From a virus (Duplodnaviria; Caudoviricetes), in IMG/VR virus record IMGVR_UViG_3300021387_001709, positions 32,001-96,000 of that record: a DNA stretch of 64,000 nucleotides; one strand, given 5' to 3'. Below are positions 1 to 9,180 of the stretch, one piece after another. Numbering within the stretch: the stretch's first letter is position 1; each line of letters opens with the position of its first letter. The position numbers and the translations under genes are program-made. The notes under the pieces were generated by a model. The model worked only from the letters and a program-made list of their open reading frames with translations, ran no database searches and was not told where the DNA came from.

Positions 1-1
1 A

Positions 2-130
2 TTGGACGAAATGATTTCTTGCTTCGACGCTATTAACAATAACATTCTAAACATCGACAATTCTGTTGATAAATACAAAGACCGTGCATTTGAGTTACTT
101 TCCAAACATTTTTGGAACTTGTGGGATTGA
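2..130 (+). CDS. Partial (3' end) hypothetical phage protein ending ...KHFWNLWD
   Basis: Open frame from window edge to TGA at 128-130, followed by RBS GAGGT for the next gene. Confidence 0.6.
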   Translation: MDEMISCFDAINNNILNIDNSVDKYKDRAFELLSKHFWNLWD

Positions 131-139
131 GGTAATTAT

Positions 140-352
140 ATGATTAACGTAAAAGATTTTGAAGGGTGGACACCCGAAATTGAACTGGCTTCTGACAGCA
201 ACAAAAATGGACGAGTTACACTGAGCGCATTGGTAGATTTAGATAATTCTAGTGTGGAATATGGTGTAGTCCATTATGTTAAGAACAAAAAGAAGTCGGT
301 TCATTTTAATTATTTAGACGCTGCTGTTAACTATTATAACAACAAACTTTGA
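140..352 (+). CDS. Hypothetical phage protein
   Basis: ORF with GAGGT RBS, tightly packed in the operon. Confidence 0.7.
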   Translation: MINVKDFEGWTPEIELASDSNKNGRVTLSALVDLDNSSVEYGVVHYVKNKKKSVHFNYLDAAVNYYNNKL

Positions 353-363
353 GGGGAAGAATT

Positions 364-2283
364 ATGACTACATATGCTGAAATGGTAGATTTAATTACCC
401 GAGCCAAAGAAGCGTATTATGGTTCTGGTGAGACAATCATGTCCGATCAGGAGTATGACAGACTTGTTGCCAGAGCAGAAAAGCTTGGTTACGTAGAGAC
501 CGTCGGTTCTGCTCCGATTGACGCTATTGAAAAAATTAAACACGAACATCCGATGTTGTCATTGGATAAAATTCACACTGTCAATGAGGTTAAATCATTC
601 CTTAAATATGACAGTGTGGCAATGTGGAAAGCGGACGGATTGACTTGCTCGGCTACCTACATTGACGGTAAACTTACACGACTTGAAACTCGCGGTAACG
701 GTACTGTTGGTAATGATATTATGCATCACGCAATGTCAATTGAAAATCTACCGATGACTATTAATAAGTCAGGAAAGTATGTAATTGACGGTGAGTGTGT
801 TATTTTATATCCGGATTTTGAGAAGATTAACTCTAAGATTATTGATAGTGAAAAATATAAAAATCCGAGAAATCTTGCAGCGGGGTCGCTTAATTTGCTA
901 GATGGTTCAATATCCGCAAAACGTCATCTTAAGTTCTTCGCCTGGGATGTTATTGAAGGCGGCGAGGGCGAACTCTTTGTGGATTTAGCCAAGGCTTATT
1001 CGTTGGGATTCGATATTGTTGATGCTACTTATCTTTATGCTAATAGTGACGCAGATCAGATTCAGAATGCTATCGATATGCTGAAGAAATCTGCTGAGGA
1101 TATGGGATTCCCGATTGATGGTATTGTGATTAAGTATGACGACTTAAATCTTAGAGATTCTCTTGGGGCAACGGCCCATCATCCACGAAATGCCCAAGCT
1201 CTGAAGTTTGCAGATGATTCATATCCTACTAAACTAATTTCTGTTGAGTGGCAAATTGGCAAGACTGCGCAGCTTACCCCCGTGGCTAATTTTGAGCCAG
1301 TGGAAATTGATGGTTCAGAAATTACTAAGGCCACGCTTCATAATATTACAATAATGAAACAGCTTGGCATTACTAACGGTTGTACTTGCTATATAAAGAA
1401 ACTCCACCAAGTAATCCCGGGTGTAGATTCAGTAGATGATGACGGCAACGGCGAAATTGAAATCCCCGAATTTTGTCCAATTTGTTCTGCCCCGACTCGC
1501 ATAGTCAAGGAGAATAAATCCGAAGTTCTTTATTGTACTAATGACGAATGCCCCGGAAAAACTCTCGGCAAATGGGTTACATTCGTGTCGAAAAAGGGTA
1601 TGGATATTGACGGACTTTCGGAGCAGACACTGGATAAATTGATTAACTTTGGCTACTTAACCAATATGTTTGAGAGCGTATATTCTCTTCATTTGTATAA
1701 GAACGAACTCTATAAGATTGACGGTTTCGGTAAGAAGTCAATCGACAATTTGTTAGCTGCAATCGAGTCAAGTAAGGAGTGCGACTTAGTTCACTTTATT
1801 ACCGCATTTTCAATCCCCGGAATCGGCGAAGGTCAGAGTAAACTACTGGCAAAATTCTTCAAGACATTCGATGCGTTCAGTAAAGCTTGTGACAACCAGT
1901 ATGATTTCTCAAATATCCCCGGCATCGGTCCGGTGCTTAGCCGAAACATTAATAAGTGGTGGATGCTGAACCATATGCAGATGATTGATATCGCCAACAT
2001 TGTATCGTTTATTGGCGATGATTTCATGAATAAGCCGGATGGGAATTATCCGCTGGTCGATGAAACATTTGTTGTTACCGGCTCTGTTCATCATTATAAA
2101 AATCGTGGTGAATTGCAGAAGGTTATTGAAGATCTCGGCGGTAAAGTGGTTGGTTCTGTTAGCAAAAACACCAGTTATCTGATTAACAATGATGCTACCA
2201 GTGATAGTAGCAAGAATAAAAAGGCTAAATCGCTCGGCATTCCGATTATTACCGAGGAAGAATTTTTGAAACTTATTAAATAA
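364..2283 (+). CDS. ligA: NAD-dependent DNA ligase
   Basis: HPMLSLDK, KADG adenylation motif, TRGNG, NPRNLAAGS, Zn finger (CPIC...C...C), HhH repeats, C-terminal BRCT (VVTGS...GGKV..SVSKNT); ATG at 364 after GAGGGG. Confidence 0.97.
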   Translation: MTTYAEMVDLITRAKEAYYGSGETIMSDQEYDRLVARAEKLGYVETVGSAPIDAIEKIKHEHPMLSLDKIHTVNEVKSFLKYDSVAMWKADGLTCSATYIDGKLTRLETRGNGTVGNDIMHHAMSIENLPMTINKSGKYVIDGECVILYPDFEKINSKIIDSEKYKNPRNLAAGSLNLLDGSISAKRHLKFFAWDVIEGGEGELFVDLAKAYSLGFDIVDATYLYANSDADQIQNAIDMLKKSAEDMGFPIDGIVIKYDDLNLRDSLGATAHHPRNAQALKFADDSYPTKLISVEWQIGKTAQLTPVANFEPVEIDGSEITKATLHNITIMKQLGITNGCTCYIKKLHQVIPGVDSVDDDGNGEIEIPEFCPICSAPTRIVKENKSEVLYCTNDECPGKTLGKWVTFVSKKGMDIDGLSEQTLDKLINFGYLTNMFESVYSLHLYKNELYKIDGFGKKSIDNLLAAIESSKECDLVHFITAFSIPGIGEGQSKLLAKFFKTFDAFSKACDNQYDFSNIPGIGPVLSRNINKWWMLNHMQMIDIANIVSFIGDDFMNKPDGNYPLVDETFVVTGSVHHYKNRGELQKVIEDLGGKVVGSVSKNTSYLINNDATSDSSKNKKAKSLGIPIITEEEFLKLIK

Positions 2284-2293
2284 GGAGGTAACG

Positions 2294-2611
2294 ATGAAAC
2301 CCGTAGATATTATTAATACAATAACCAATCTCGAAGCAGATGAGGTTAAAGAACTCGCTGATATTCGCGCTACTAAGAATATTGATGACGAAACATTTGA
2401 TAAACTATATGCTCGTACAAGATGGTACATTCAGCATTCGTTCGAAACAGGATGGAATACTTGTTGCGATTTCCTTCTGTCGTGGTTCGAAGATATAAAA
2501 GCCAATCTTGATAAAGAGGATAATCCCGGTCTTCTTACCCTAGATCAGCTCGTTCGAGCAATTCACAAGTTCAAGCTTGGTGACAATAACGACGAGGTGG
2601 ACGAAGAATGA
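2294..2611 (+). CDS. Hypothetical protein
   Basis: AAGGAGG RBS, operon packing. Confidence 0.75.
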   Translation: MKPVDIINTITNLEADEVKELADIRATKNIDDETFDKLYARTRWYIQHSFETGWNTCCDFLLSWFEDIKANLDKEDNPGLLTLDQLVRAIHKFKLGDNNDEVDEE

Positions 2612-2862
2612 GTTGGTGGACAGAAATAGGCGACGTCGTACAGTTTAATGAAAAACATGACTGGCGCGGAGTAATAGGAATAATCACTGAAATCAAACAG
2701 ATTGACGGCGGTGATATTAAATATAGAATTGGAGTGCCGATGCTGAACGGGGGAGTTGCTTATATTTACTCTCTCGGATCGGCTACTGAATTTGAATACA
2801 TCGGCAAAGCAGCATTGTGGGTGGACGGTAAGATTATAGGGGGTGACTGTAATGACGGTTGA
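2608..2862 (+). CDS. Hypothetical phage protein
   Basis: ATGA overlap with upstream gene, GAGGTG RBS. Confidence 0.7.
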   Translation: MSWWTEIGDVVQFNEKHDWRGVIGIITEIKQIDGGDIKYRIGVPMLNGGVAYIYSLGSATEFEYIGKAALWVDGKIIGGDCNDG

Positions 2863-3202
2863 TGTGACTTTTCATGGCAAATTATCTGTGAATGCCCCAG
2901 ACGAAAATATCGGTAAATCCCGAGCAGTCCAGATGTTATATGATAGGCTGAAAAATATCGATGGTTTTTCATATATTAGAACTGGTTTACCTACTTGCGA
3001 AGTAAGAATTTGCCGAGTCAATGATTGGGAAGGATTATATATCAATAATGAGATTGTCCTTCAGGATCATCATTTGGACGTTGGGGATGTACTTCATTGC
3101 TTGGAGAATTCCGGCAATATTAACTTCGTTAGTGAATGGTGCAACGAACAGCAAATTGAAGAACTTGGCGGATTCCCTCACTATTATACAGACTTGAAAT
3201 GA
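2852..3202 (+). CDS. Hypothetical protein
   Basis: ATG at 2852 after GGGGGTG; overlaps the upstream stop. Confidence 0.65.
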   Translation: MTVDVTFHGKLSVNAPDENIGKSRAVQMLYDRLKNIDGFSYIRTGLPTCEVRICRVNDWEGLYINNEIVLQDHHLDVGDVLHCLENSGNINFVSEWCNEQQIEELGGFPHYYTDLK

Positions 3203-3211
3203 GGTAAAACA

Positions 3212-3448
3212 ATGATTAAACTACAGATTCAATTTGATAAAGTTAATAAATTATGCGCTATCTGTGAAGCTGCTCCGTTTGATGTAGATATTGTTTGCGG
3301 AAAATACGTTGTCGATGGTACCAGTGCTATGGGAGTCGCTTCTTTAATCGGTAGAACGGTCGTGGTTAATCCAGTGGCGGTGGATGACCAACACCAGATA
3401 TTTGATTTTTATGATAAATTGACTTCGATTGGAGCGTATCAGGCATGA
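3212..3448 (+). CDS. HPr-family (PTS phosphocarrier-like) protein lacking His15
   Basis: FDVDIVCGKYVVDGTSAMGVASL resembles the HPr Ser46 signature (VDAKSIMG..L); 78 aa. Confidence 0.7.
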   Translation: MIKLQIQFDKVNKLCAICEAAPFDVDIVCGKYVVDGTSAMGVASLIGRTVVVNPVAVDDQHQIFDFYDKLTSIGAYQA

Positions 3449-4050
3449 GCAATTTTTTTAAATCGATTATGGCGGGAATTGCAATCGGCATCGGCGGATG
3501 GGCATTTCTCGCTTCAGATAACAAATTAGTGGGATCTATTCTTTTTTCTATTGGGCTACTACTGGTTTGCACTATGGGTTATAACCTATATACCGGCAAA
3601 ATCTGTAAAGCATTTACAATCGGTGGTCCCAAATTTATTTTATTCCCGTGGATGCTGCTGGGAAATTTCTTCGGCACATTTATTGTGGCAATGCTGACCA
3701 GGGCAGGGCGTCCACTTCTGATAGATAAGGCAGCTGCTGTTTGCTCAGCGAAATTATCTGAGGGACTTGCGGTCATTCCTTTGGCAATTATGTGTAATGT
3801 AATGATTTATTATGCGGTTACAAGCTACGGTGAAAATCCCCATCAACTCGGCAAATATCTGGGGATTATCTTAGGCGTAACAATATTTGTATTCTGCGGC
3901 TTCGAGCATTGTGTGGCTAATGCCTACTACTTTTTTGTTGCCGGTTTCTCCATGGAGCATATACCATTCTTGATACTGAATGTTCTCGGCAATACAATTG
4001 GGGGAATCGTTATATATAGATTAGACACTTTATCAAAGATTAATTATTAA
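3445..4050 (+). CDS. Formate/nitrite transporter (FNT) family protein
   Basis: Hydrophobic multi-TM protein with LYTG, GNFFG, CN and FEHCVAN, GNTIGG motifs. Confidence 0.9.
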   Translation: MSNFFKSIMAGIAIGIGGWAFLASDNKLVGSILFSIGLLLVCTMGYNLYTGKICKAFTIGGPKFILFPWMLLGNFFGTFIVAMLTRAGRPLLIDKAAAVCSAKLSEGLAVIPLAIMCNVMIYYAVTSYGENPHQLGKYLGIILGVTIFVFCGFEHCVANAYYFFVAGFSMEHIPFLILNVLGNTIGGIVIYRLDTLSKINY

Positions 4051-4064
4051 AGGAGTAAGTAACT

Positions 4065-4298
4065 ATGAAGATTTTTAACATCAAAAACATTGAAGGCTTT
4101 TTCAATGTGGTCGATAAGTGCAAAGGCCAGGTTCATGTGGTGTCCCCGGAGGGCGATGATATTGTACTGACCAGTAAGCTGAGTAGGGTTGTTTTTGCGG
4201 TTATTAATGAGGAACAGATTAATAATCTGAATCTGGAACTCAAGTGTGAGAACCCCGAAGATACAATGCTGTTTATGGATTTCTTAGCGAGAGGATAA
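4065..4298 (+). CDS. Small HPr-like-fold protein (Lachnospiraceae-type family)
   Basis: MKI.NIK.IEGFF.VVD.CKG.V..VS.EGD...L.SKLS pattern; AAGGAG RBS. Confidence 0.55.
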   Translation: MKIFNIKNIEGFFNVVDKCKGQVHVVSPEGDDIVLTSKLSRVVFAVINEEQINNLNLELKCENPEDTMLFMDFLARG

Positions 4299-4300
4299 TT

Positions 4301-4717
4301 ATGAGCGAGTATTATGTTAATGAAGAAAAAGGTACTGTTGTAAGTGTTTATGATTCGGGTGACTTGGGATTAAGTGATTTTGCTAAGAAAGTAGGAAAAC
4401 ATGTTCATGGTCCGAGGATTTATCGCAATATTATTGCGGATATTATTAACTCCAATATCTTTCCGATTTATCCGCAGTATATTCGCGGCGTCGCCAAACT
4501 TGGTGAGAATGATTCCTGGGATGAAACCAAAGGTAAGAAAATCGCCGATCAGAAAGTTGCACTGAAGAAGAATGATCGCATTGTTAAACAGGCGATTCTG
4601 GTTAAGAAGCACTTACTCAATATTGTTAAGGAACTTGATGTGATTATCAGTAAGTACTCTGAGAAGTGTGCAGCTATTGAAGAGGACTTTGATAGATACT
4701 ATGTGAAGGGGGAATGA
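4301..4717 (+). CDS. Hypothetical phage protein
   Basis: ORF in operon; GVAK...D.WDE.KGK.IA motif common in phage proteins. Confidence 0.75.
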   Translation: MSEYYVNEEKGTVVSVYDSGDLGLSDFAKKVGKHVHGPRIYRNIIADIINSNIFPIYPQYIRGVAKLGENDSWDETKGKKIADQKVALKKNDRIVKQAILVKKHLLNIVKELDVIISKYSEKCAAIEEDFDRYYVKGE

Positions 4718-4926
4718 TGATGGAAGTGATACTGTATAGTACTCATTGTCCAAAATGTAATATTTTAGAGAAAAAATTAGACATGGGGAATATTAAATAT
4801 ACGATAATTACCGATGCGGATGTGATGATTGAGAAAGGATTTAAATCTGCTCCAATTCTGGAGGTTGACGGAGTAGTAAAGACATTTAAAGAAGCTATTG
4901 ACTGGCTTGAGGAACTGGAGGATTGA
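4714..4926 (+). CDS. Glutaredoxin/NrdH-like redoxin
   Basis: LYSTHCPKC (CxxC), SAPILEVDG; directly upstream of nrdD. Confidence 0.85.
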   Translation: MMMEVILYSTHCPKCNILEKKLDMGNIKYTIITDADVMIEKGFKSAPILEVDGVVKTFKEAIDWLEELED

Positions 4927-4932
4927 TGCTTT

Positions 4933-6909
4933 ATGGATATTCAGCTGAAATTAACTAAAGATTTTGAAAGATACTTAAATGAACTCAAGAATAAATATGG
5001 CGAAGATTTCGAATATATTAACGGTATTCATCCTAGCCAGTTAGACTTCTCTGAGTTCATTGATAATTTCGTGGATAAGGGTACTTTGGCTGATGCCAGT
5101 ATTGATCCGAATGCTAACGCCAACAATCGAGACATCCGTAGTTTTATGACAGAAAAGGCTAAAAGTGAAGATAAACTCTTTGGACTAAATAAAATATTCT
5201 CTACTATGAAGAAACAGTGGGGATTAAGAACCGCAAAACAGTGGTTCGAGCAAGAATTTAGTAAAGGGTTTTATCTGAATGATAGCACAACGGCATCGTA
5301 TTTCCCATATTGTTGGGCGAATGATTTGACAAGATTAGCTACTGAGGGATTATTCTTTTTGAATAACTACAACAACCAATCCCCAAAGCATTTAACGACA
5401 TTTGTAGACGATTTAATTGAATTTGTTTCCTTCTTGTCAAATAGACAGTCCGGCGCTGTTGGTTTGCCAAATGTCCTTATTTGGGCATGGTGGTTCTGGA
5501 AGAAAGACGTTGAAACTGGATACTTTATTAAAGACCCAGATTATTATCTCAGACAGCAATTCCAGAAGATTGTGTACCGTCTCAATCAACCGTTTTTAAG
5601 AATCGACCAGAGCAGTTTCACTAACGTATCAATTTTCGATAGACCGTATCTTGAGGGCATTTTCGGCGGTGTTGAATTTCCGGATGGAACATTTGCTATT
5701 GACCATGTCGAAGATTTAATAGAATGTCAGAAAGCATTCATGGAAGTTGTTGCCGAAATTAGGAGAGAACAGAATATGTTTACATACCCGGTTCTTACGT
5801 ACTCTCTTCTTAAGCGTAATGATTTTAAAGACGGCGAAATCGAAGAAATGATTAAAACAAGAAATTGGGATATTTTTGTCGATAAAGATTTTGCCAGATG
5901 GTGTTCAGATCATAATGTGGAATGGAATGATTCTAATTTCTTCTGTAGCGATAATGTTGGAGTATTGAGTAATTGTTGTAGGCTTCTCTCTGATACTACT
6001 AAGCTTGATGCATTTATCAATTCCATTGGTGGCACTGCTCTTTCCGTTGGGTCTTGTCGAGTTAGCACAATTAATCTTGTTAGAATTGCTTATGAGAGCG
6101 AGTTTGATAAGAAGAAATATATGAGAATTCTTAGACAGAGAGTTCTGCTTGATTGTAAAGCGCTGTATTCAATGAGACATATCCTTAAGAGAAACATCGA
6201 AAAAGGGTTACTTCCCAATTATCAGGATGGAGCTGTTGAACTTAGTAAACAGTTTTGTACAATCGGCGGAATCGGAATGTACGAAGTTATGGATTTATTT
6301 GGATTAATTAATACGGATGAATTCGGCTGTAAGTCCTACTCTGATGAAGCGGTAGAATTCGCTACGAAAATCCTCGATACAATGAATGAAGTCAAGGATA
6401 ATTTTGAGTGTGACTTTACGTTCAACATTGAAATGATTCCCGCTGAGAACTGCGCTGGGGTTATTTGTCAGGCAGATAATTTAATATATGAGCAGGACAA
6501 GTATTTCATTTATTCTAATCAGTGGATTCCGCTCATGGAGAAATGTACAATCCAGGAAAAATGTAGACTTGGTTCTTTGTTTGATGAAAAATGTGGTGGT
6601 GGATGTATTGCTCACATCAACGTCGAAAACAGATTTGCCAATAATGACGCAGCATGGGATATGCTGAATTATGTTGCAGCTATGGGAGTCATTTATTTTG
6701 CATTCACCACAAAAATTAGTGTTTGTAAGAATAAACATGCTTTTATTAGTGAGAATAAATGCCCTCAGTGTGGTGAACCTATTTCTGATACTTATGCCAG
6801 AGTTGTTGGTTTCTATGTCCCGATTAGTAGTTATCAGAAAATCAGAAAACGTGAATTTGACAAACGCCGTTGGATGAATGTCTTAAGCAACGATGGTATT
6901 ATGCAATGA
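4933..6909 (+). CDS. nrdD: Anaerobic (class III) ribonucleoside-triphosphate reductase, no ATP cone
   Basis: PYC, SNCCRL, IPAEN, C-terminal Zn site (C..H...CPQCG) and glycyl-radical motif RVVGFY. Confidence 0.95.
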   Translation: MDIQLKLTKDFERYLNELKNKYGEDFEYINGIHPSQLDFSEFIDNFVDKGTLADASIDPNANANNRDIRSFMTEKAKSEDKLFGLNKIFSTMKKQWGLRTAKQWFEQEFSKGFYLNDSTTASYFPYCWANDLTRLATEGLFFLNNYNNQSPKHLTTFVDDLIEFVSFLSNRQSGAVGLPNVLIWAWWFWKKDVETGYFIKDPDYYLRQQFQKIVYRLNQPFLRIDQSSFTNVSIFDRPYLEGIFGGVEFPDGTFAIDHVEDLIECQKAFMEVVAEIRREQNMFTYPVLTYSLLKRNDFKDGEIEEMIKTRNWDIFVDKDFARWCSDHNVEWNDSNFFCSDNVGVLSNCCRLLSDTTKLDAFINSIGGTALSVGSCRVSTINLVRIAYESEFDKKKYMRILRQRVLLDCKALYSMRHILKRNIEKGLLPNYQDGAVELSKQFCTIGGIGMYEVMDLFGLINTDEFGCKSYSDEAVEFATKILDTMNEVKDNFECDFTFNIEMIPAENCAGVICQADNLIYEQDKYFIYSNQWIPLMEKCTIQEKCRLGSLFDEKCGGGCIAHINVENRFANNDAAWDMLNYVAAMGVIYFAFTTKISVCKNKHAFISENKCPQCGEPISDTYARVVGFYVPISSYQKIRKREFDKRRWMNVLSNDGIMQ

Positions 6910-7388
6910 TAGATACAATTATTTTAAAAGGTATTATTGATGAGGACTTTGTTAACTACAGAGTCCCATCAATGGTACTTATGTTTCCAAAGTGTTCTTT
7001 TAAGTGTGGCACAAACTTTTGCCAAAACTCATCTTTAGTTAAAGCAGAAAATATTGAAGTCCAATTAAGCAGACTTTTTGAAAGATACATAAATAACCCA
7101 ATAACAAATAGTGTTGTATTACAAGGACTGGAACCATTCGATTCATGGGATGAGTTATTCTCACTGATTAAATATTTTAGGAATAATGATTGTAACGACG
7201 ATATTGTTATTTATACGGGCTATAACAAGTCTGAAATATTGGACATGGTGAATGATTTAAGTGTATTCCACAATTTAATTATTAAATATGGAAGATACAT
7301 TCCAAATCAAAAATCACATTTTGATGACATACTTGGAGTGAGATTAGCGTCAGATAACCAGTATGCAGAAAGGTTAGATAATGACTAA
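6906..7388 (+). CDS. nrdG: Class III RNR activase (radical SAM)
   Basis: C-x3-C-x4-CQN cluster, GLEPF, IYTGY, ASDNQY; ATGA overlap with nrdD. Confidence 0.9.
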   Translation: MIDTIILKGIIDEDFVNYRVPSMVLMFPKCSFKCGTNFCQNSSLVKAENIEVQLSRLFERYINNPITNSVVLQGLEPFDSWDELFSLIKYFRNNDCNDDIVIYTGYNKSEILDMVNDLSVFHNLIIKYGRYIPNQKSHFDDILGVRLASDNQYAERLDND

Positions 7389-7653
7389 AGGTGACATTTA
7401 TTATTACGCTAGAATTCACCCGGCTACCGGAATCTACGAAGTGGATGAACTCTGCATTCGCACTGTGGAGGATACCTACTTCGTAGGTACTGAAAAAAGG
7501 ACAAAGCAAGCGTTCCTATTTAACTATGATGAATTAGAAGAGACCGTCTTTTCGGACAGAACAAAAGCTCTTGCTCTAGTCAAAGCTGCGGAAGCCGAAT
7601 TCAAAGATAAGAAGAAATTTACTGTTGATTATGATGAGGGAGAAACTATATGA
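7381..7653 (+). CDS. Hypothetical phage protein
   Basis: ORF in operon. Confidence 0.75.
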   Translation: MTKGDIYYYARIHPATGIYEVDELCIRTVEDTYFVGTEKRTKQAFLFNYDELEETVFSDRTKALALVKAAEAEFKDKKKFTVDYDEGETI

Positions 7654-8159
7654 AAGTAGTTGGAAATTTTTTAAAGGTAAGTTTTGACCAATTTGTTAAA
7701 GATTGGGAAGATACATTCAATGTATCCGATAAAAATTATATAGCCGATATATATGAAAGTATTAAACTTCCGAAAAGAAGCACTGCTGGAAGTGCCGGTT
7801 ATGATTTTGTTTCACCGTTGCATTTTTGTTTGGAACCTGAGGACGAAATTAAGATTCCAACCGGTATCAGAGTAGAGATTAATAAACCCGGTTGGACACT
7901 GATGCTGTTTCCGAGATCTGGGCTGGGATTTAAATATCATTTAAAATTCGCGAACACGATTCCGGTAATAGATGGTGATTACGCTTACTCAGATAATGAG
8001 GGCCATATATTCATTAAGATTCGTAATGAAGGTTCCAAAACTATGGTTGTTGAAGCAGGTGACAAAATCGTCCAAGGGGTATTTCTTAAATTCGGCATTA
8101 CATCCGATGATAATGTCACAGCAACCAGAAATGGTGGTTTTGGTAGCACGGGGAGGTAA
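7650..8159 (+). CDS. dut: Trimeric dUTPase
   Basis: Motifs SAGYDF, PRSGLG, VIDGDY, IVQG, RNGGFGSTG. Confidence 0.95.
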   Translation: MKVVGNFLKVSFDQFVKDWEDTFNVSDKNYIADIYESIKLPKRSTAGSAGYDFVSPLHFCLEPEDEIKIPTGIRVEINKPGWTLMLFPRSGLGFKYHLKFANTIPVIDGDYAYSDNEGHIFIKIRNEGSKTMVVEAGDKIVQGVFLKFGITSDDNVTATRNGGFGSTGR

Positions 8160-8160
8160 C

Positions 8161-8649
8161 ATGAAGATTATTAAACAGAATGGCGATAATAAATCTTCGC
8201 CTATTTCATTTCCTATTAAAGTAACTTGCGAACACTGCGGATCAATCATCGAATTGGAGAGTGAAGACGATTTACACGAGGGATATCTTGGAATGATGTA
8301 TTTTAAATGTCCTTGCTGTGAGAAAGAGGCTTGTGTTGACCACCCGGACCTTGATAAAAAAGTAACAATTGATAATCTGAATTTCCCGGATAATTTCTGG
8401 CATTTTGATTCCACCGACGGTGAGACGGTTCATGTACAAGACAAGGAAGTAACCGACTTTATTAAAGAAGCGATTCTTAAGTTACGAAAAAATAGATTTG
8501 ATGACGACTATGGTGATATGTTTTACACCGGTACCGGAGATACGCTAGTTTATGTTAAACGTTATCCAGGAGACGAAGAATACATGGTTGTCGTAGCACA
8601 GAATTACTATCAGACTGAGATCCCGTTCGAATTAGAAGATTATGCATAA
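8161..8649 (+). CDS. Zn-ribbon-containing hypothetical protein
   Basis: ATG at 8161 after GGAGG; CEHC...CPCC. Confidence 0.7.
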   Translation: MKIIKQNGDNKSSPISFPIKVTCEHCGSIIELESEDDLHEGYLGMMYFKCPCCEKEACVDHPDLDKKVTIDNLNFPDNFWHFDSTDGETVHVQDKEVTDFIKEAILKLRKNRFDDDYGDMFYTGTGDTLVYVKRYPGDEEYMVVVAQNYYQTEIPFELEDYA

Positions 8650-9151
8650 GAGTATTTTTATTATTAATGGTCCGGCAACCGCCGGTAAAGATACATTTGT
8701 TAGTATGGTAAGTTCAATCGTGCCTACCATAAACTACTCATCCGTCCAGGTAGTGAAGGAAGCTGCTACACTGCTTGGATGGGCGGGCGGTAAATCCGAA
8801 AAAGATAGGAAATTTCTTTCCGATATAAAATTTTTATGTTCGGAATATTCAGACACTCCATACAAATCTATGGAGAAAAAGATATATGATTTTTTAGATG
8901 ACGATATCCATGAAATGCTATTCCTTCATATTAGAGAACGCGCTGAAATCGAGCGCATGGTAAAAGAATATCCAATGATTAGAACCATACTGGTCACCAG
9001 AAGCGGAGTTGCCCCAATCACGAGTAATTCCGCAGATGCTCAAGTATATGATTGGAGTTACGATTATGTCATTGATAATTCCGGAACACTAGGCGATTTA
9101 AAGTCAGTAGCCGTGAATTTTGTAAATGATATTAATAAGGAAGTGATGTAA
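8642..9151 (+). CDS. P-loop nucleotide kinase (dNMP/adenylate kinase-like)
   Basis: INGPATAGKDT Walker A, HIRE, YDYVIDNSG. Confidence 0.8.
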   Translation: MHKSIFIINGPATAGKDTFVSMVSSIVPTINYSSVQVVKEAATLLGWAGGKSEKDRKFLSDIKFLCSEYSDTPYKSMEKKIYDFLDDDIHEMLFLHIRERAEIERMVKEYPMIRTILVTRSGVAPITSNSADAQVYDWSYDYVIDNSGTLGDLKSVAVNFVNDINKEVM

Positions 9152-9180
9152 CCATAGGTAGCGGTAACGAAGATGAGATA

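Noticed and set aside
7972-8160. N-terminal extensions in the ORF track (7972, 6870, 61019, 62922, 19129)
   Set aside because: They overlap upstream genes or terminators, and better RBS-supported starts lie downstream.
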